Shown: piece after piece, positions 54,668-64,000 of the stretch | How the letters are laid out: each line of letters starts with the position of its first letter | Numbering within the stretch: the stretch's first letter is position 1 | From: Prasinococcaceae sp. CCMP 1430 | Taxonomy: Eukaryota > Plantae > Prasinodermophyta | Direction: 5' to 3' | Length of the DNA: 64,000 nucleotides | Assembly: GCA_013416795.1 (NCBI GenBank) | Contig: RQSC01000010.1 | Location: 310,029-374,028, forward strand | Translations under genes and position numbers: made by a program | Notes under the pieces: model-generated | Told to the model about the DNA's origin: nothing | The model's input: the letters and a program-made list of their open reading frames with translations, nothing else | Databases searched by the model: none

Positions 54668-54740
54668 GCCCCCATCGTCTAGAGGCCCAGGACACCTCCC
54701 TTTCACGGAGGCGACGGGGATTCGAATTCCCCTGGGGGTA
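54668..54740 (+). tRNA. trnE-UUC: tRNA-Glu(UUC)
   Basis: GCCCCCATCGTCTAG...CTTTCAC...GGGGGTA. Confidence 0.96.
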
Positions 54741-54905
54741 CAAGTGATCCTGGTCCATTTACCTCAAATGCTCAATGAAAACTGCTAGCCTTTAGTTCTA
54801 GCCGCTTGTGGAGTGACTTGTCAAACTCTTAGGAGTCTGTCGTCTTGGCACTTACTTCGGAACAAAAGCAGGCTTGCCAAATCAAATAAAAGGCTGATCT
54901 GTCGA

Positions 54906-54987
54906 GGGTCGATGTCCGAGTGGTTAAAGGAGGCGGATTGTAAATCCGCTGGCATTGCCTACGCTGGTTCGAATCCAGCTCGGCCCA
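54906..54987 (+). tRNA. trnY-GUA: tRNA-Tyr(GUA)
   Basis: GGGTCGATGTCCGAGTGG...TTGTAAA...CGGCCCA. Confidence 0.96.
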
Positions 54988-55221
54988 TTTCAGTTTTAAC
55001 CAGCACAAGTGCGCAAGCTGGACAAAAATATGTGTCAGATCCTTGCTTCTGGTAAAGCTCACAGACCTTTCCCATTCACACTAAATTTCAACTGAAAAAG
55101 GAAATAAACTTTGCTTGCCTGTTTATAATAGCTCAGGCTATTTTTGAGTTTTTTGCAGGATAAACTGCAAACCAAATGGTAGCTTAGCTGTGCAATTGCA
55201 AATCTAAAGGATGGTCCAGAT

Positions 55222-56544
<1,323 letters not shown>

Positions 56545-56734
56545 GTAGAAGCCAAATAGAAATATAGAAAAAAGCCTCAGGCCACTGGCATTCTGAAAAT
56601 CATCTTAGGCATTTTTCGAAGATGGTTTACTGCTTTGGAACATGCTCTCCAGGACTTGCGTGTTTTTGCCGCCCGGGCTTGTTGGCTTAACGCATCAACA
56701 CCTTAGAAAAAAAAAAGAAAGAGGAGTTTTAACC

Positions 56735-57993
<1,259 letters not shown>

Positions 57994-58125
57994 TGTTTAT
58001 CTGGTCAAAGACTTTGCTCGATCTTAAGTCCTAAGTATTTGTATTTTTGGGGCCTGAAGGCCCCAAAAGCACTCTCTGTATTGTGTTTTCCAAAGCGGCA
58101 CCGACTACGGACTATTTCATTCCAT

Positions 58126-58322
58126 AGACTTTATGCAAGCAAATGTATAAACAGTTTTATCCTCAGGCGAAAACCAGTCTAAAGTTTGTCTGCTGAGCTT
58201 TTTCAATCTGTAGCCATGTGCATAAAAAAGGTTAGTAAATTCTTCACAGTGCTCGAGTTCGGCATTGTTTTTGTTCTTACAATAAACAAAAAATTGTTTC
58301 TACATTTGCTTGCATAAAGTCT
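58126..58322. mobile_element. MITE-like element of about 197 bp with 32-33-bp terminal inverted repeats
   Basis: AGACTTTATGCAAGCAAATGTAtAAACAgTTTT vs reverse complement of the right end AGACTTTATGCAAGCAAATGTAgAAACAaTTTT; no clear target-site duplication. Confidence 0.4.
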
Positions 58323-58693
58323 GACAGCCGTCTTGCCAATCCTATCTCTACTTGTCTTCAGCCAGTTTGAATTAACTATGAAAAATGTTCATGTCTATAA
58401 TGACTTTTACCAGACAAACTTGGCTATTCAAGGAAAGATATCCACCTAATAGCTTGGAAACTTGATATTAGAAGAGTCTTTAGCATACATGTCGACGTGT
58501 TTTGAAAACACGATGAACACATGTTGCTAGAACTTCAAAAAATTGATCATTGATTACATTTAATGTTGCAGTTTCATTCAGCCAAAAGATCATCACATGC
58601 TTGGCAGCCAGCTTGCATGTGGTTAAGAACATTCCATACGTCCAAAACATCAGTAGAGATAATTTCCTGAGCAAATTATAGCAAAATATTTTT

Positions 58694-58996
58694 ATGGCAA
58701 AAAAAAGCAGTATCGAACGAAACAAAAAACGGCAAAAACTTGCTCATGCATTCCAGCATCGTCGCACTGAACTTAAGCAATTATTAAGCAAGACTTTATC
58801 TGCAGAAGAAAAGTTGATTTTGCACAGACGGATGCAGTCTCTTCCCCGAAACAGTGCTCCCACTCGTATTCATCGGCGTTGTCTTGTCAGCGGACGGCCT
58901 CAGGCAGTCTACCGGGACTTCGCTCTTTCCAGACATATAGTGCGTGAGATGGCCCACGCTTGCTTACTGCCCGGAGTGACCAAATCTAGCTGGTAG
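58694..58996 (+). CDS. rps14: Ribosomal protein S14, 100 aa
   Basis: [30 protein letters not shown]. Confidence 0.97.
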   Translation: MAKKSSIERNKKRQKLAHAFQHRRTELKQLLSKTLSAEEKLILHRRMQSLPRNSAPTRIHRRCLVSGRPQAVYRDFALSRHIVREMAHACLLPGVTKSSW

Positions 58997-59317
58997 TTTA
59001 GTGTCCAAAGTTTGAGCTGAGAAAGAAAGAAAAAGCCAAAATCCTGTTTCATGAGGTGAGCAGAGAGCATATTCTTTTTCCTCTTTTTTAAACAGCTCAC
59101 TTTAGCCTGATGTAGGCTGAAGTAAATGAAAAGCATGTTTTTTTGGACTCACACAGTCCATGTAAATATGTTTACCAAGCAAGATTAAAAAGGATCAGTT
59201 TCGTAAAATTGCAGTAAAGGTGAAGATCGGAAAGCTAGATGCAGGTGCTTAGAAAGTGTACAATGACTATTAAGAGTAATTAGTTGGGACCCACCCCAAT
59301 ATGTTGGCGGGTTTGTT

Positions 59318-61390
59318 ATGCAATCAACACATCAGTACGCCTGGATTATACCAATTCTGCCATCCCTGGCGGCAGCCCTTTTGGGGTTAAGTTTGCTCTT
59401 TTTTCGAAGTGCAACTCGTAGCTTACGCAAAGTCTCGGCTTTAAGCTGTATAACCCTCCTAGGGGGAGCTATGTTGCTTTCCTTGGAGCTTCTTCAAGAG
59501 GAAGTGGCTGGAACATCTGCTCACCGTTATTTGTGGCATTGGCTTGCTAATCAGAGTGTTATACTGGAAATAGGCTATCTAGTGGACCCTTTAAGTACAC
59601 TGATGCTGGTCTTGGTAACTACCGTGGGCGTGGCTGTGATGATTTATACCGATGGTTACATGTGTCATGATCGCGGTTATGTGAGGTTTTTTGCTTATCT
59701 TAGTTTGTTTACTGCTTCGATGTTGGGTTTGGTACTGAGTCCCAACCTCATCCAGCTCTATGTGTTTTGGGAGTTGGTAGGTATGTGTTCCTATCTTTTA
59801 GTAGGTTTTTGGTTTGCTCGTCCTAGTGCGTCTTATGCTTGCCAAAAAGCTTTTGTGACCAATCGAGTCGGAGATTTTGGTCTACTGCTTGGGATATTGG
59901 GATTTTATTGGCTAACAGGAAGTTTTGAATTTGAAAATATCGCTAGCAGATGTGCTGAGCTCCTGGAAAATGATCCTGAAGCTTGTGGCTTAGCCACAGG
60001 CTGTGCATTACTCCTGCTGTTAGGACCTGTAGCTAAGTCAGCTCAATTCCCACTCCATGTTTGGTTACCTGACGCTATGGAGGGGCCCACGCCCATTTCA
60101 GCGCTAATTCATGCTGCTACTATGGTAGCTGCGGGTATTTTTTTGGTAGCACGACTCTTACCTTTGTTCGCCGAGCTGCCATTAGTGATGGACGTGATTG
60201 CTTGGATCGGGGGCCTGACTTCTCTATTAGGCGCGACTATGGCTTTAGCGCAAAAAGATTTGAAGAGATGCTTAGCTTACTCTACCATGTCACAACTTGG
60301 CTACATGATGCTAGGTTTGGGTCTTGGTTCCTACCAGGCTGGCATTTTCCATCTGATTACCCATGCTTATTCTAAGGCACTTCTGTTTCTAGGCTCTGGT
60401 TCGGTGATTCATGCTATGGAAAATGTAGTTGGCCCTCAGCCACAGAAAAACCAGGACATGCGCTACATGGGAGGGTTAAGAAGGCACATGCCGATTACTG
60501 GATCTACTTTTTTGCTAGGTACCCTTTCGCTTTGTGGCATTCCTCCATTTGCTTGTTTTTGGTCCAAAGATGAGATCTTGGCTGACGCTTGGACTAATGT
60601 GCCTATGCTAGGATTCATTGCTTGGTTTACCGCAGGCCTGACCGCTTTTTACATGACCCGAATGTACTTGCTAACTTTTGAAGGTGAATTTCGAGGTGCG
60701 CTTGTGCATACTAATGCAAAACATCAGACGCTTTCTTCCCAAGCAGTGAACGATATCAACCTTTTGCCTCAAGAATCTAGCCTAACCATGACCGCTCCCC
60801 TGGTTTTCTTATCAGTGCCTACGGTTTTGATCGGTTTTTTGGGAGCTCCTTGGCCTCATGGAATTCCTGGCTCTAGTTTATTCTCTCAATGGTTGAACCC
60901 AGAGCATGGGGCTCTACTTTTCTTTTCTGAGCAAATATCTAATCAATGGGCGGAATTCTTAAGTACTGCTTTGCCCTCAGTGGGTATTGCTCTTATTGGG
61001 GCGGGAATAGCTTGGGTTTTCTATGGCCCTTGGAGTTCCTCGGATCGTGATTTAATCCACTTTTTAGATCCATTGCCGCAAGGAATCTTAGCTCCATTGG
61101 TACTCAGCATTTATAGCTGGTCTTTGCGACGAGCCTATATTGATGAGATTTATGATCGTACGTTGATTCAAGGCACCCGAACTCTAGCAGGTCTGGCCGC
61201 TCTTGTAGATCAATGGCCCGTTGATGGCACCGTCAATGGGACAGGCTTACTAGCCCTGTTTGGCGGAGAGAGTTTGAGATATACTGAAGGAGGCCGAGCC
61301 TCCGCTTACCTCTTTGTGCTTTTTATGGCCATGACATTAGCCGGGCTTTTTGTCACTGCCGTAAGCATAAGCTCTCTGAACCTTTCATAA
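59318..61390 (+). CDS. ndhF: NDH subunit F
   Basis: [31 protein letters not shown], 690 aa. Confidence 0.97.
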   Translation: MQSTHQYAWIIPILPSLAAALLGLSLLFFRSATRSLRKVSALSCITLLGGAMLLSLELLQEEVAGTSAHRYLWHWLANQSVILEIGYLVDPLSTLMLVLVTTVGVAVMIYTDGYMCHDRGYVRFFAYLSLFTASMLGLVLSPNLIQLYVFWELVGMCSYLLVGFWFARPSASYACQKAFVTNRVGDFGLLLGILGFYWLTGSFEFENIASRCAELLENDPEACGLATGCALLLLLGPVAKSAQFPLHVWLPDAMEGPTPISALIHAATMVAAGIFLVARLLPLFAELPLVMDVIAWIGGLTSLLGATMALAQKDLKRCLAYSTMSQLGYMMLGLGLGSYQAGIFHLITHAYSKALLFLGSGSVIHAMENVVGPQPQKNQDMRYMGGLRRHMPITGSTFLLGTLSLCGIPPFACFWSKDEILADAWTNVPMLGFIAWFTAGLTAFYMTRMYLLTFEGEFRGALVHTNAKHQTLSSQAVNDINLLPQESSLTMTAPLVFLSVPTVLIGFLGAPWPHGIPGSSLFSQWLNPEHGALLFFSEQISNQWAEFLSTALPSVGIALIGAGIAWVFYGPWSSSDRDLIHFLDPLPQGILAPLVLSIYSWSLRRAYIDEIYDRTLIQGTRTLAGLAALVDQWPVDGTVNGTGLLALFGGESLRYTEGGRASAYLFVLFMAMTLAGLFVTAVSISSLNLS

Positions 61391-61839
61391 ACGTACTCTT
61401 CTTTTCATTAATAACCTTATCAAAATGCCTATTCAGTGACACCATACTTTTTGAGTAAGCCATAGTTTGGCAGGCTCAGAAATCCTCCCCGCCGAGCTAC
61501 TTAGAGAAGACTCTTTTTTTTTGAGCCTCGGCAGGGAAACACATATATAATCACTTGTTCTGACCGTCGTGATCGCCAATCAATATCAATAAAGTAACTG
61601 TTTCAATAGACAAGCTATGTGTTTTTAGGCTAAAAACGAGCAAACAAGTTGCAATGATAGACAATTTGCCCAAGTAGCCAATAACTAAGCGCACACAATT
61701 TCGATTTCATGTCCTTGCATATTTGGCTTACCCTTCAAAAGACTGTGTTTTTGTCAAGCAAAGACTTGCATCCTTTGTCTCTAGAAGGCTATACTTAGGC
61801 TAAATTCTTTCTCTTTTTCCCACCAAGTAGCTTTTCTTA

Positions 61840-61911
61840 GTCTCAGTAGCTCAGTGGTAGAGCGGTCGGCTGTTAACCGATTGGTCGTAGGTTCAAGTCC
61901 TACCTGAGGAG
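61840..61911 (+). tRNA. trnN-GUU: tRNA-Asn(GUU), with a G1:A72 mismatch as written
   Basis: GTCTCAGTAGCTCAGTGGTAGAGCGGTCGGCTGTTAACCGATTGG...CTGAGGAG. Confidence 0.92.
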
Positions 61912-62126
61912 ATAAGAATTCAGAATAAAAGATTGCAGCCAGAAGGTTAATAGTATTGTAAAAAACATTCTAGGGTCCCCTCTCTTTGTTTTGCAAAAGA
62001 AGGAACAAAGAGGGAAGTTTTACTATTCAAATCAAAATGATGTAGATGGTGTAGATTGTGTACATCTATTTCTTTTTTTCTTTGTGCTTATCTCTTTACA
62101 TTTTCAAAAAAGACATTATTGTCAGT

Positions 62127-62407
62127 NNNNNNNNNNNNNNNNNNNNNNNNNNNNNNNNNNNNNNNNNNNNNNNNNNNNNNNNNNNNNNNNNNNNNNNNNN
62201 NNNNNNNNNNNNNNNNNNNNNNNNNNNNNNNNNNNNNNNNNNNNNNNNNNNNNNNNNNNNNNNNNNNNNNNNNNNNNNNNNNNNNNNNNNNNNNNNNNNN
62301 NNNNNNNNNNNNNNNNNNNNNNNNNNNNNNNNNNNNNNNNNNNNNNNNNNNNNNNNNNNNNNNNNNNNNNNNNNNNNNNNNNNNNNNNNNNNNNNNNNNN
62401 NNNNNNN
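62127..62407. other. Assembly gap of 281 N
   Basis: Run of N. Confidence 1.
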
Positions 62408-62611
62408 TGCTTACAAGAGACCAAATTAGATAAGCCTTGCAATTGGAATTAGGTACATAATTATTTTTTTAGTCTGAACAGAATCTTTCAAATTGCTAGT
62501 AAAAAGCGAAAATAGAAAGTACTAGGCTACCAAAAAAAAGATTATGAATCAAAGTCTAGATCGAAGAGAAAATATATTCATATTAGAAGAGCTAATTCTG
62601 AAGACTTGGAT

Positions 62612-62866
62612 CTAGGCTACTGATTGGAACTGTTCAAAGACCCCAGCTCTACGTAAAATATGCCTCACAGTGTCGCTAGGTTGAGCACCAGATCGCAGCA
62701 AGTCTAAGATAGCAGATATATCCAAGGAAGTTTGATCGCTCATAGGATCATAAAAACCTACTTCTTTCAGGGCACGCCCTTCTCTGCGAGAACGAGCATC
62801 AATAGCAATAATTCTATAGGTGGGTTGTTGCTTTCTTCCATAACGCTTTAGACGAATTTTCACCAT
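62612..62866 (-). CDS. rps16: Ribosomal protein S16, intronless
   Basis: [30 protein letters not shown]. Confidence 0.96.
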   Translation of the reverse strand: MVKIRLKRYGRKQQPTYRIIAIDARSRREGRALKEVGFYDPMSDQTSLDISAILDLLRSGAQPSDTVRHILRRAGVFEQFQSVA

Positions 62867-62950
62867 AGATAGATAGGGCCGATAGAAAGAATGACACTGG
62901 AATGCCAGTGACAGCCTGCAGGCTATGTTGAAGATCCATGCTTGACCCTA

Positions 62951-62998
62951 ATTCCGTGGATAGCTGGCGCAGATATCTGCGCCAGCTATCCACGGAAT
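62951..62998 (-). terminator. 48-bp perfect palindrome 3' of chlB
   Basis: ATTCCGTGGATAGCTGGCGCAGAT|ATCTGCGCCAGCTATCCACGGAAT. Confidence 0.75.
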
Positions 62999-63038
62999 AT
63001 CCACGAGGTCTGCTATTATTTAGCTTCTCAAATGCGTG

Positions 63039-64000
63039 TTAAGCGCTCAAGGCTTCTTTGGCTGCATACATAATTTCTACGGTAATCTTATCAACTTGTT
63101 TTTGTCGGGCGTATTTTTCAGTATTTCTCTTAATTTTACCTCGTACAAATCCTGGGATTTTGTTTAATTCTAATTGACTGTCAACGTCCCAGGCAAGGTC
63201 ACTGTCAGTAGAAAGAGACTTAGTAATAACTTCTTTGGTATCATGTCCGCCAAAGATTTCTAAAAGATGATCTTCCATGCCTAAAGTGAAAGAATTGTAA
63301 ACTAAATCAGCAATCTGGTTAGTCCCTTCGTATCCCAAGAAAGGCCTGTAGCCAAGAGGAAAGTTTTGGATGTGTACGGGAGCAGAGATCACTCCGCAAG
63401 GAATGTCGAGACGTTTGCCAATGTGGCGTTCCATTTGCGTACCAAAGATGGCTGCTGGTTCTACCCGAGCAATCATATCCCCAACCTCGGTATGATCATC
63501 GGTAACCAAGACCTCGTCACAATACCCGTGAACTTGCTCTTTAAACCAATCTGCATCATGTTTACAGTATGTGCCTGCGCAGACTACTTGAACTCCCATT
63601 TCTCGAGCCAAAATTTTTGTCATGGCTGCAGCATGAGTTGTATCACCGAACACCACTGCTCTTTTTCCAGTTAGGTTTTGGCAGTCAATGGAGCGAGAAA
63701 ACCAAGCAGCTTGAGAGACAAAACGTGTCTGGTAGTCGATGTAAGGCTCGTAATTGACCAGGGTTTCATTTATTGCGGGGGCAAAAAGATTAATACAGGC
63801 CTGCATTTCGCGAATGCATTCTGCAGTGGCTACTACTCCCATAGGAGTAGTGGCCACATAGGGCATGCCATATTCCCGTTCTAGATACATGGCAGTCATC
63901 AGTCCGACTTCACGATAAGGCACAAAGTTAAACCAGGCTTTTGGGAGATTGCGGAGATGCTCTACGCAGCCCCCCTCAGGAATCACTTCATTAACCTGAA
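63039..64000 (-). CDS. chlB: Light-independent protochlorophyllide reductase subunit B, 5' end outside the window
   Basis: [41 protein letters not shown]. Confidence 0.96.
   Translation of the reverse strand, partial: QVNEVIPEGGCVEHLRNLPKAWFNFVPYREVGLMTAMYLEREYGMPYVATTPMGVVATAECIREMQACINLFAPAINETLVNYEPYIDYQTRFVSQAAWFSRSIDCQNLTGKRAVVFGDTTHAAAMTKILAREMGVQVVCAGTYCKHDADWFKEQVHGYCDEVLVTDDHTEVGDMIARVEPAAIFGTQMERHIGKRLDIPCGVISAPVHIQNFPLGYRPFLGYEGTNQIADLVYNSFTLGMEDHLLEIFGGHDTKEVITKSLSTDSDLAWDVDSQLELNKIPGFVRGKIKRNTEKYARQKQVDKITVEIMYAAKEALSA

Noticed and set aside
61991-62452. ORFs spanning the N run
   Set aside because: Artefacts of translating Ns.

Overview
This is 64 kb of a chloroplast (plastid) genome from a streptophyte green alga. 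The lineage is inferred from gene content: chlI, chlB/L/N, ndh genes, rpl5, rpl21, rpl22, rps16 and matK are present, and trnV, trnI and rps16 are intronless. That combination fits a conjugating alga (Zygnematophyceae), but the species cannot be named from the sequence alone. The window holds about 45 conserved protein genes, 16 tRNA genes, four cis-spliced group II introns (rpl16, rpl2, petB, petD), many long 3' hairpins, several tandem repeats and a 281-N gap. No rRNA gene and no CRISPR array is present. Gene order is heavily shuffled relative to the usual streptophyte operons. Main findings: (1) matK is free-standing and the canonical intron-containing trnK is not seen. Instead two 72-nt lysine tRNA genes (UUU and CUU) sit 45 kb apart, are 70/72 identical, and resemble this genome's trnN. 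This suggests tRNA recruitment or foreign acquisition followed by duplication and anticodon change. (2) A cassette of two unknown ORFs, each with a perfect Shine-Dalgarno, is bracketed by direct repeats between petA and rpl21. (3) tRNAs that normally belong to the rRNA operon are scattered, and trnI(GAU) has its own near-consensus promoter. (4) A MITE-like element with terminal inverted repeats lies before the relocated rps14. All coordinates and identities were read by hand. Comparisons with canonical genes rely on recalled consensus, not database searches.
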